From an uncultured Spirochaetota bacterium (lineage in GTDB: Bacteria; Spirochaetota; Spirochaetia; SZUA-6; CAVTHK01), in NCBI GenBank assembly GCA_963734495.1, contig CAVTHK010000009.1, forward strand, positions 256,001-320,000: DNA of 64,000 bases. Reading direction: 5' to 3'. The position numbers and the translations under genes are program-made. Positions 52,702 through 64,000 of the stretch are shown here, piece after piece (the first letter of the stretch is position 1; each line of letters starts with the position of its first letter). Below the pieces are notes generated by a model. The model was given only the letters and a program-made list of their open reading frames with translations, searched no databases and was not told where the DNA came from.

Positions 52702-53307
52702 CTACAGGTTCACGCGGTCGAAATCCCCAAACATCAGAAACGTCTTCGTGTAAACAGACTTCATCGCCTCCACGGTGCGAACGAGCGCGCCGCGGTCACC
52801 GCCCTGAAGGGCCTGCTGGACGGCAGAGATCCCGTCCAGCACCGCCTGCTCGCCCTTGCGCAGCTCGTCCGCCTTCGCGACGGAGAACCCGTAGGTGGAG
52901 GCGGCGAACGGCGCCGCAAGGGTTGCTGTCCATCTCGCGCGGGCTTCCGGCAGGAGGGCGGCGACCTGCTGCACCTGCGCTTCGTCCACCGTGTCCGCGG
53001 TCCGGCCGGCTGTGACGGCGGTGACGTTCTCCATGCTCTCGTGGTACCGGTTCAGGTAATCCACGTAGTACGGGATGGACCGCTGCGAGCGCAGGCCGAC
53101 CCAGATGTCGCGGACCTCCTCGAGGGCCGCGTGCGCGCCTGCCAGATCGCCTTTGTTCAGCAGTTCCTCGGAGCGGAGGAGAACCGCTGTCGTGCGCTCC
53201 GCCTGCGCGGACGCCGCCAATGCTGCGGCCGTGAGTATCGCGGCCAGCGCCAGGATCCGGCGCGTCCGGCCGATCGATCCCCCCCGTCTCAGACTCTTCG
53301 AGTTCAT
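52702..53307 (-). CDS. Secreted alpha-helical hypothetical protein
   Basis: Signal peptide RRILALAAILTAAALAASAQA; AHAALEEVR, YHESME; SD-like GAAGGAG upstream. Confidence 0.6.
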   Translation of the reverse strand: MNSKSLRRGGSIGRTRRILALAAILTAAALAASAQAERTTAVLLRSEELLNKGDLAGAHAALEEVRDIWVGLRSQRSIPYYVDYLNRYHESMENVTAVTAGRTADTVDEAQVQQVAALLPEARARWTATLAAPFAASTYGFSVAKADELRKGEQAVLDGISAVQQALQGGDRGALVRTVEAMKSVYTKTFLMFGDFDRVNL

Positions 53308-53468
53308 CCCGTCTCCTTCTATCTTCGATCCTGCGCGTGTGGTTTGCCCGGATCGCCTGCACAAGATAGCGAAAGTCGGCGGAGGATCACGGTGAGTTTT
53401 GTCACACAACGACGGGATCGGAACCAGCAGGGTGTGCGCGCCCGCGGCGGCCCGGCGACCCGCGTTGC

Positions 53469-54503
<1,035 letters not shown>

Positions 54504-54787
54504 TCACCACGAGACGGATGCGTCTCGTCACGAAAGACACGATTGATCGCCTGCCGGTATTGATCGGCAGCTTCGCTCGCGACATTTGCCGCCCGTATTG
54601 CCGTTGCGCGCGAGCCGCGGGAAGTAGCTGCTCGAGCCCTCCAGCCGGATGCGATGGCCGCAGTTCCACGACGTTGTCGCCGGGCAGGACGACCTGGCCA
54701 ACGATCGGGGCGGCGCGAGGGTGCCCACGGAGGTCGACCGGGTCCCGATTGTCCTCTCCGCTTGCAGGCGCGAAGCGCGTCGCTTCC

Positions 54788-55808
54788 CTATTCAACTTCA
54801 GCCCTCGTCACCACTTCGCGCAATCGGGCGATGTCTGCGGTGGGCGCACTGCCGAAGAAGCGTCTGTACTCCCTGCTGAACTGAGAGGCGCTCACGTAGC
54901 CGACCTGACGGCTTGCATTGCCCGCATCCATCATGCTGGACAGCATGAGTCGCCGCGCCTCCTGGAGCCGAAGTGCTTTTTGATACTGCAGCGGGCTCAT
55001 CGACGTGACCGCTTTGAAGTGCTGATGAAAGGTGGAAGCGCTCATGTTCGCGAGGTCGGCCAACCGTTCGACTTTCATCGGTTGTGAGAAGTTCGTGCGC
55101 AACCAGGAGATCGCTTTCGCAACGCCCCGTACGCCCGAATCGGCAATCCCTACCTGCGCTACCCGGACCCCGACCGAACTGCGAAGGAGCCGGATCAGGA
55201 TTTCGTCGATGACCAGGGGAGCGAGAACATCTGCATCGCCTGGCTCCGACATGAGCTCGACGAGCCTCGTTGCAGCGTTCAGGATATTCTCGTCCGCCTG
55301 CGTGACCGCTACTGCGCGGTTGTCGTGTACCGAAGGAATGCCGTGGGGAAACACCTTCAGGACGAGCGCTGCCACCCTGCTCGGGTCAAGATCGAACCCG
55401 CATGAGGCAGAGAAACGGCTCGGCGCGGCTTGCGCGCGTCACCTGCGAAGCGACCGGCACGTCGACCGAGAATACGATCATGCGTGAAGCATCGTACTCG
55501 TAGACCTCACGACCCACCATGACGCTCTTTGCCCCTTGCGCAACGATGCAGAATGCCGACTGTTGCACTCCGTGAATGAGCTCGGTGTTTGTCCGCGAAC
55601 GGCGAATCGCGTGGACGCCGGGAACGCGAAGCTGGAAGCGACCGTCGTGCGGCGCGTACGCGCCAATCAAACCTGCAAGCCTCGACAGGACGGGCTCCAG
55701 TGATGGTCCTGACGCCTCCGCTCCCTTCGATCGGCTGCTGGAAGCCTTGACGCGGGACTTCCTCCTCGACGAGTCCAGCGAAGACGACGTCACTGCAAAT
55801 GGCATCAT
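54788..55808 (-). CDS. AraC family regulator (AraC_N + HTH, YqhC-like); frameshift near 55395
   Basis: [55 protein letters not shown]. Confidence 0.9.
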
Positions 55809-55835
55809 GGCTTCCTCCCGCCTGCAGATTGCGCC

Positions 55836-55990
55836 ATGTCAGGCGCACTGTCTTTGATGTGCCACACGGCCGCCTGCGGCGGCGGCCGCTCGGCGATGAG
55901 GGTCATGACCACGAACTGCAGTCCGATGAGAGCGCCAGCTGCCGCGCCGACCACTACGCAGAAGGGTTTCCCATCCGCCAAGCTCTCCAA
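55836..55990 (-). pseudogene. Probable truncated membrane-protein remnant
   Basis: VVVGAAAGALIGLQFVVMTLIA resembles the N-terminal helix of a conserved hypothetical membrane protein, then degenerates. Confidence 0.35.
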
Positions 55991-56064
55991 CGACGGGACT
56001 CATGTTCCGAGCCTCCTGTTCGCTCTCGCGGGCAGTGCACTGCTCGAGCGCTTCCTGTGACCGA

Positions 56065-57664
<1,600 letters not shown>

Positions 57665-57691
57665 CGTTCCGTCCTCTTTTCGATCGCCAGC

Positions 57692-58687
<996 letters not shown>

Positions 58688-58803
58688 TCAGCGGTGCTCA
58701 ATTTCGTCAGTCGCAAAACAAGCCGCGGCTCGCTCCCCAAGGCTCGCCCGGGCGGCGGTCCGATCGTCCAACCGGCCTCCCGTCCTGGCTGGGTTGCAGT
58801 GCA

Positions 58804-58876
58804 AGTATACGGAACTCCCCGGCCGACCATTTGCCTGATGCTGCGGATGTTTTGCCCAATTCCCCTGAGATTGCCC
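58804..58876 (-). promoter_or_regulatory. Promoter with candidate AraC direct-repeat sites
   Basis: Minus-strand -10 TATACT (58809-58804); TTGCC at 58831, 58852 and 58871, the first two 21 bp apart and overlapping the -35 position. Confidence 0.55.
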
Positions 58877-59035
58877 AGTGCACCCCTGCGCCCCCGAAGA
58901 AGGTACGCCTTTCGAGTTCCGCAGACACTCAAGGCAGCGTTCGTCTGCCAGGGGCCGAGATCAGGTGACAAACCAGGCAGCCTTCCGCGATGCTACGATA
59001 CGTCCGTTGGCACGGAGTCATCGACCGCCGGCCTG

Positions 59036-59773
59036 TCACCACCTCGCCATCATTTCACCCGCCTCGATTCGAAGGTCCAGAACGTTTTCGCGAGGCGCGA
59101 GCGGGCAGACCCATCGAGAGTTGTACGCGCAGGATGGATTGTAGGCAAAGTTGAAGTCCATGAGGATGCTCTCGGGCGCGGCGCCGAGATCCGCGCCTTT
59201 GACCGTGTCATAGAGGTAGCGACCGCCGCCGTAGGTTTCGCGCCCGCTCGTGAGGTCCTTGAAGGGGAGGAACAGGCCGCCGCCGTAGCCCTCGAGCCAG
59301 AAGAGCGTAAGGGTCATGGGGTCTCGTCGCCGTGGTTCGACTGCCGCCCGTCGCGCCTCGGAATCCGCGGGAGTCGTTGAGCCGCCGGCTTCGGGTCGGT
59401 CGAAGAGAGCGAGCGCGAACGGGCGGTAGGTCGACTTCCCTTCCGGCAGCTCGATGGTCATCAGGCGAGGGTCGTCGCGCTCCCCACGAACCGGCGAAGA
59501 GAGCCCGTCCCGATCGGCGTCGTCGAGAGGAGCTATGCGCGCCTGGATTCTCCACGCGGGGTTGTAGGCGAAGTAGGGTATTTGGTCGAAGCCTGCCTTC
59601 TGTCTGCTGTCGAGCGGCGATTGGGCGTGCGTAGCGAACAGCGCATTCCGTGTCGCGCGGTACTGCTCCCACGCCGCTCGAGGGTCCCGTGCCGACAAGT
59701 CCCGCGCCCTGGCGTACATCTCCGCGACGAGACGCCGCCACTCCGCGAGCTCGAGGACCTCACGGTGATTCAC
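59036..59773 (-). CDS. DUF1684 domain protein
   Basis: LFLPFKDLTSGRETYGGGRYL, DFNFAYNPSCAYN..W.CPLAP.EN. Confidence 0.9.
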   Translation of the reverse strand: MNHREVLELAEWRRLVAEMYARARDLSARDPRAAWEQYRATRNALFATHAQSPLDSRQKAGFDQIPYFAYNPAWRIQARIAPLDDADRDGLSSPVRGERDDPRLMTIELPEGKSTYRPFALALFDRPEAGGSTTPADSEARRAAVEPRRRDPMTLTLFWLEGYGGGLFLPFKDLTSGRETYGGGRYLYDTVKGADLGAAPESILMDFNFAYNPSCAYNSRWVCPLAPRENVLDLRIEAGEMMARW

Positions 59774-59834
59774 GTTGAAAGAGTCCCGCCGCTGAGCAGC
59801 GGCGCGATCGCGCGCTCATTCGAGCCTCCGCCCT

Positions 59835-60654
59835 TCAGCTCTCGAAACGCTTCCGCACGGCGCGCGCCTTCTGCATGAAAGCCTTGACCCTCTCCTGGTC
59901 CACGTCGTTCCAGATATAGCCGTCGCGCTTGAAGGTCGTCCCCACGATCGCGCCGTCGGCCGCGGCGAGCTGCTCTTCCACGTTCTCCAGCCGCACGCCG
60001 GTGTTGGCGAGCACGATGGTGTCCGGGACAGCCGCCTTGACGCGGCGCAGCACGTCGGCCGAGGCCTGCGCGCCCGCGATGATCCCGGACACGCAGAGAG
60101 CGTCGGGCCGGCCGTTGAAGACCGTGGAGCGGGCGATCTCCGCGGCGTCGCGCGCCGCGAGGTACGCGGCAGCCTCGGGCACGATGTTGAACAGCAGCCT
60201 CACGTCTCTCACCGCCGATGGCGTGCTGGTGGCGGACCACCTCGCCGCAGCTCGTGTTCCACAGGCCGAAGTCGCTCGCGTACACGCCCGTGAAGATCTC
60301 GCGCACGAACCGCGCGCCCACGGCCACCGCGAGGTCGAGCGAGGCCTTCGGGTCCCAGAGCACGTTCACGCCGTACGGCACGCGGAGGTCGTGCCTGAGC
60401 TCGCCGATGATGCGCGCCATGGCGGCCACCGTGATCGTGTCGACCTTTGTGAGGTACGGGAGGCTGAACTCGTTGGAGAACATCACCGCGTCCACGCCGC
60501 CGGCCTGCAGCGCGGCGAGGTCCTGCCTCGCCTTCTCCAGCACCCAGGACACGCCGCGGCTCCGATCGTACTGCGGGTCGCCGGGGAGGGCGCGGAGGTG
60601 GCACATGGCGATGATGGGCTTTGCGGTCCCGAAGAGCTCCGTAGTCCAGGACAT
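59835..60654 (-). CDS. BtpA/SgcQ family protein; frameshift near 60210
   Basis: KPIIAMCHL.ALPGDP, SNEFSLPY, PYGVNVLWD, ANTGV, GAIVGTTFK.DG. Confidence 0.9.
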
Positions 60655-60737
60655 GTCCGGCTCCTTGTCAAAACTGAAGGTCTGCGCCCGGCATTGTGCG
60701 CGGAGCGCGCGCGAGGGTCAAACCTGCTCGCGCGCGT

Positions 60738-60767
60738 TTGACAGCGGAGCGCGCCCGCTGCTATAGC
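60738..60767 (+). promoter_or_regulatory. Promoter of a probably leaderless aminopeptidase mRNA
   Basis: TTGACA-18 bp-TATAGC-5 nt-ATG; no SD. Confidence 0.5.
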
Positions 60768-60772
60768 GGGGC

Positions 60773-61852
60773 ATGATCGATCCGCGCTGGGAGAGCCTTG
60801 CCGCCGTGCTTGTCGGCCACTCGACGGCCGTGCGGCCCGGCGACCGCGTGCTCATCACCATGATGGAGACCGGCTCCTACCCGCTGGCGCGCGCCGTCCA
60901 CGCGGCCGCGGTCAGGGCGGGAGGGCTGCCGCAGATCGAGTTCCAGTCCGCGGGGATCGAGCGCGACCTGCTCGCGCTCGGCAGCGACGAGCAGGCGGGC
61001 TGGGTCCCCGAGATGCAGCACAAGGGCATGGAGTGGGCCGACGTCTCCATCGGCCTCAGGGGCTCCGCCAACCCGCACGAGCTGGAGGATGTGCCCGCGG
61101 CGAGGATCGCCGCGCGCCGCCGCGCGCTCGGCGCCGTCTCCGCCCTGCGCACCGAGCGCACGCGGTGGGTGATCGTGCGGGTCCCGGGGCCGGCGCTCGC
61201 GCAGGCTGCCGGCATGAGCGCCGACAGCCTCGAGTCGCTCTTTTTCGCCGCGTGCCTCCGCGACTGGGCGGAGGAGAGGCGCCGCCTCGAGGCGGCCGCC
61301 GGTCTGTTTGCCGGAGCGCGCGAGGTGCGGATCGCCGGCCGCGGCACAGATCTGCGGCTCTCGATCGCGGGCCGCACGTGGATGATCGACGACGGCCGCA
61401 TCAACATGCCGGGCGGCGAGATCGCCACCTGCCCGGTCGAGGACGCGGTCGACGGCGAGATCGCCTTCGAGCAGCCCGCGGTCTTCGCCGGTCGCTCGAT
61501 CCCCGGCATCAGGCTGCGCTTCGAGCGCGGCCTCGCCGTGGAGGCGCGGGCGGACCGCCACGAGGACCTGCTGCGCAGCCTCCTGGACGTGGACGAGGGC
61601 GCGCGCCGCGTCGGCGAGCTGGGGATCGGGATGAACCCCGCGATCGATCGCTTCTGCGGCGACCTCTTCTACGACGAGAAGATCGCGGGCACGGCGCACA
61701 TCGCGCTCGGCCGCTCTTACGCCGAGTGCGGAGGCCGCAACCGTTCGTCGCTGCACTGGGACATCGTGAAGGACCTGCGGGCCGAAGGGGCGATCTACGC
61801 GGACGGCCGCAAAGTCTTCGAAGCGGGTCGGTTCCTCACCGCGCAGCCGTGA
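60773..61852 (+). CDS. M29 family aminopeptidase
   Basis: NMPGGEI, GARRVGELGIG.N, YDEKIAGTAHIALG, NRSSLHWD. Confidence 0.92.
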   Translation: MIDPRWESLAAVLVGHSTAVRPGDRVLITMMETGSYPLARAVHAAAVRAGGLPQIEFQSAGIERDLLALGSDEQAGWVPEMQHKGMEWADVSIGLRGSANPHELEDVPAARIAARRRALGAVSALRTERTRWVIVRVPGPALAQAAGMSADSLESLFFAACLRDWAEERRRLEAAAGLFAGAREVRIAGRGTDLRLSIAGRTWMIDDGRINMPGGEIATCPVEDAVDGEIAFEQPAVFAGRSIPGIRLRFERGLAVEARADRHEDLLRSLLDVDEGARRVGELGIGMNPAIDRFCGDLFYDEKIAGTAHIALGRSYAECGGRNRSSLHWDIVKDLRAEGAIYADGRKVFEAGRFLTAQP

Positions 61853-61855
61853 CCT

Positions 61856-62620
61856 TCACAGCCGGACGGGCACTCCCCTGTCGTGCAGGTACTCCTTGAC
61901 CTCGCCGATCGTGAGGGTGCCGAAGTGGAACACCGACGCGCCCAGGACCGCGCGGGCGTGCCCCTCGGCCACGGCCTCGTAGAAGTGCTCGAGCGAGCCG
62001 GCGCCGCCGCTGGCGATCACGGGCAGGCCCGTGGCGTCCGCGATGGCGCGGGTGAGCTCGAGGTCGTAGCCCAGGCGCGTGCCGTCCGCCGTCTTGCTCG
62101 TCGGGAGGATCCTCCCGGCGCCGGCGTCGGCCATCTCGCGGGCGAACGCGACCGCGTCGGTGCCCGTGGCCGTGCGGCCCCCGTCGATGTAGACCTCGCG
62201 CCGCGAAGGGAGGCGCTCGTTGACGTCCGCGTCTATGGCCACGACGATGGTCTCGGGCCCGAAGCGGCGGGAAGCCTCGCGGACAAAGGCCTTGTCGCGG
62301 TAAGCCGCGCTGGAGATCGAGACGCGGCGCGCGCCGGAGGCGAGCGCCTGCTCGACGTCCGCGAGCGACCGGATGCCGCCGCCCACGGTCACGGGGACCT
62401 TGACGGCCGCGGTCACGCGCTTGAGGACGTCGAACATCGTGCGCCTCTTCTCTACAGTCGCCGTGATGTCGAGAAAAGCGAGCTCGTCGGCCCCGCCGTC
62501 TGAGTAGGCCTGCGCCGCCTCTACAGGGTCGGCGGCGTCGCGCAGCGCGACGAAGTGGACCCCTTTGACCACCCTGCCGTCTTTCATGTCGAGGCAGGGG
62601 ACGACTGCTACCGTGTCCAT
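61856..62620 (-). CDS. hisF: Imidazole glycerol phosphate synthase cyclase subunit
   Basis: PCLD.KDGRVVKGV.F, DPVE.A..Y, GADEL.FLDITA, VGGGIR, VVAIDA, DGT..GYD, IASGGAG, ASVFH. Confidence 0.9.
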   Translation of the reverse strand: MDTVAVVPCLDMKDGRVVKGVHFVALRDAADPVEAAQAYSDGGADELAFLDITATVEKRRTMFDVLKRVTAAVKVPVTVGGGIRSLADVEQALASGARRVSISSAAYRDKAFVREASRRFGPETIVVAIDADVNERLPSRREVYIDGGRTATGTDAVAFAREMADAGAGRILPTSKTADGTRLGYDLELTRAIADATGLPVIASGGAGSLEHFYEAVAEGHARAVLGASVFHFGTLTIGEVKEYLHDRGVPVRL

Positions 62621-62626
62621 GTCCGC

Positions 62627-62655
62627 AGCATGACGCGCCGCGTCGGGTCGGTCAA
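62627..62655 (-). promoter_or_regulatory. Promoter of probably leaderless hisF
   Basis: TTGACC-17 bp-CATGCT-6 nt-ATG; no SD. Confidence 0.5.
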
Positions 62656-62673
62656 CCGCGCCGCTGCGCGGCT

Positions 62674-63801
62674 TCATACCTTGATCTCAACGGCGATGCG
62701 GGGCATCCACGAAGAGATCTCGATGCTCTGCGGGCACTTCGGCTCGCACTCGCGGCACTCGATGCACGCCGAGGGCCTGCTCCCGGCCTCGATCTGCGCG
62801 AGCTGCTTTTTCGCCCGGCCCGGGTTGTTGTACACGACGCTGTCGTTGTAGATCCGGAACACTTTGGGGATGGCGACGCCGTTCGGGCAGGGCATGCAGT
62901 ACTCGCACTGCGTGCACGGGACGGGACGGATCTCGCGGTAGCGGTCGCGCACGCGGCCGACGAGCTCGAGCTCGCCCGCCGACAGCTTCTGCGACGAGTC
63001 CGCGAGGCGCAGGTTCTCTTCGACGTGCTCCATGGCGCTCATCCCGCTCAGGACGACGCTCACCTCGGGCTTGCTCCACACCCACGAGAGCGCCCACTCG
63101 ACCGGGCTCCTCTTCCGCTCCGCCGTGGCCCACAGGGACGCGACGGGGTCGGGGGGCGACGTGAGGTTCCCGCCCAGCAGCGGCTCCATCACGACGACGG
63201 CCAGCCCCTTGGCGTGCGCGTACTGCAGGCCCTTTGTCCCCGCCTGGTGCTCCTCGTCCATGTAGTTGTACTGGATCTGGCAGAAGGTCCACTTGTCCCA
63301 GTCGTCGATGATCCTGGGGAAGGTCTTGTACTCGTCGTGGAACGAGAAGCCGAGGCACCCGATGCGGCCCGACGCGATCGCGCGCTCGGCCCAGTCGAGG
63401 ATGCCGAGGCGCTGGCCCTTCTCCCAGCGGTCGGCCTTGAGCCCGTGGAGCAGGTAGCAGTCGATGTGGTCGGTCTGCAGCTTCTCGAGCTGCTCGTTGA
63501 GGATCAGGTCGAAGTCCGCCGCGCTCTCGATCTTCCACATGGGCATCTTGGTGGCGAGATGGACCTTGCGCCGCCACTCGCCCTTCAGCGCGCGGCCGAC
63601 GAAGCGCTCGCTCTCGCCCTTGTGGTAGCCGTAGGCCGTGTCGACGTAGTTGACCCCGGCGTCGATCGCGCTGTGCAGCATGCGCGTGGCCAGCGGCTCG
63701 TCGATGCGGCCGGGATCACCGCCGATGACAGGCAGCCGCATGCACCCGAAGCCCAGGATCGAAGCCTCGAAGCCGGCCTTGCCGAAAGCGCGGTAGCGCA
63801 T
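62674..63801 (-). CDS. Aldo/keto reductase with C-terminal 4Fe-4S dicluster domain
   Basis: LGFGCMRLP, DTAYGYH.G.SE, GFSFH, QIQYNY, CTQCEYCMPCP, CIECRECEPKCPQ. Confidence 0.92.
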   Translation of the reverse strand: MRYRAFGKAGFEASILGFGCMRLPVIGGDPGRIDEPLATRMLHSAIDAGVNYVDTAYGYHKGESERFVGRALKGEWRRKVHLATKMPMWKIESAADFDLILNEQLEKLQTDHIDCYLLHGLKADRWEKGQRLGILDWAERAIASGRIGCLGFSFHDEYKTFPRIIDDWDKWTFCQIQYNYMDEEHQAGTKGLQYAHAKGLAVVVMEPLLGGNLTSPPDPVASLWATAERKRSPVEWALSWVWSKPEVSVVLSGMSAMEHVEENLRLADSSQKLSAGELELVGRVRDRYREIRPVPCTQCEYCMPCPNGVAIPKVFRIYNDSVVYNNPGRAKKQLAQIEAGSRPSACIECRECEPKCPQSIEISSWMPRIAVEIKV

Positions 63802-63845
63802 CACCCCTCCTTTGAGTCGACGCACGCTTTTTGGAATTGATGCGG

Positions 63846-63874
63846 ATGTTAGCGGCCTGCGCCGGGCCCGTCAA
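63846..63874 (-). promoter_or_regulatory. Putative sigma70 promoter of the Fe-S AKR gene
   Basis: TTGACG-17 bp-TAACAT on the minus strand. Confidence 0.55.
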
Positions 63875-63885
63875 CCCGGCCGCCG

Positions 63886-64000
63886 TCAGAGCTTCTTGCG
63901 CTTCCAGCGGCCGGTGCGGAAGTAGGTGATGATGCCGGCGGCCTGGACCATCTCGCCCGCGGCGAGGCCGGCCCAGATGCCGTCGGTGCCCCAGAGGCTC
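63886..64000 (-). CDS. C-terminus of a probable MATE transporter (partial)
   Basis: SLWGTDGIWAG...YFRTGRWKRKKL*, similar to the end of the MATE at 22878. Confidence 0.7.
   Translation of the reverse strand, partial: SLWGTDGIWAGLAAGEMVQAAGIITYFRTGRWKRKKL

Noticed and set aside
59320-59360. GGTTCGACT resembling a tRNA T-loop
   Set aside because: No cloverleaf can be formed and it lies inside the DUF1684 CDS

Overview
A very GC-rich, gene-dense bacterial window with about 60 protein genes. I found no rRNA, tRNA, CRISPR array, transposase or integrase. The solute-binding protein N-termini (FAEGGKE, FASPQTEG, WASPTKE) and the gene repertoire suggest an anaerobic, sugar-fermenting high-GC spirochaete; this is inference. 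More than 30 genes carry 1-bp frameshifts, often at G/C runs, most likely long-read assembly errors, so most very long ORFs in the track are chimeras. Layout: (1) rph and fprA. (2) A ~20 kb carbohydrate-utilisation locus (1.8-21.5 kb): three CUT1 ABC cassettes, two paralogues of an uncharacterised glycoside-hydrolase-like protein, a DUF4038/GH140-like enzyme, two FAD oxidoreductases, an SDR and a Zn-dehydrogenase. (3) A PTS-EIIA / diadenylate-cyclase fusion with an apparent ATA start, followed by MATE, EamA and lipid-kinase genes. (4) Acyl-CoA synthetase, Gfo/Idh/MocA, a triple-hairpin element and an orphan MNT antitoxin with a truncated HEPN partner. (5) A TRAP transporter, Ldh_2, a heterodimeric ABC exporter and an Opp cassette whose binding protein is internally deleted. 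(6) dhaK-dhaL-[EIIA-HPr-full EI]-UROD-like operon. (7) A more AT-rich 51.4-59.8 kb block with three aldo/keto reductases and an AraC regulator. (8) BtpA, M29 aminopeptidase, orphan hisF and an Fe-S AKR. Best candidates for novelty: the PTS-coupled c-di-AMP cyclase, the duplicated unknown hydrolase family, an exact 25-bp palindromic repeat linking two parts of the sugar locus, and recurrent leaderless promoters.
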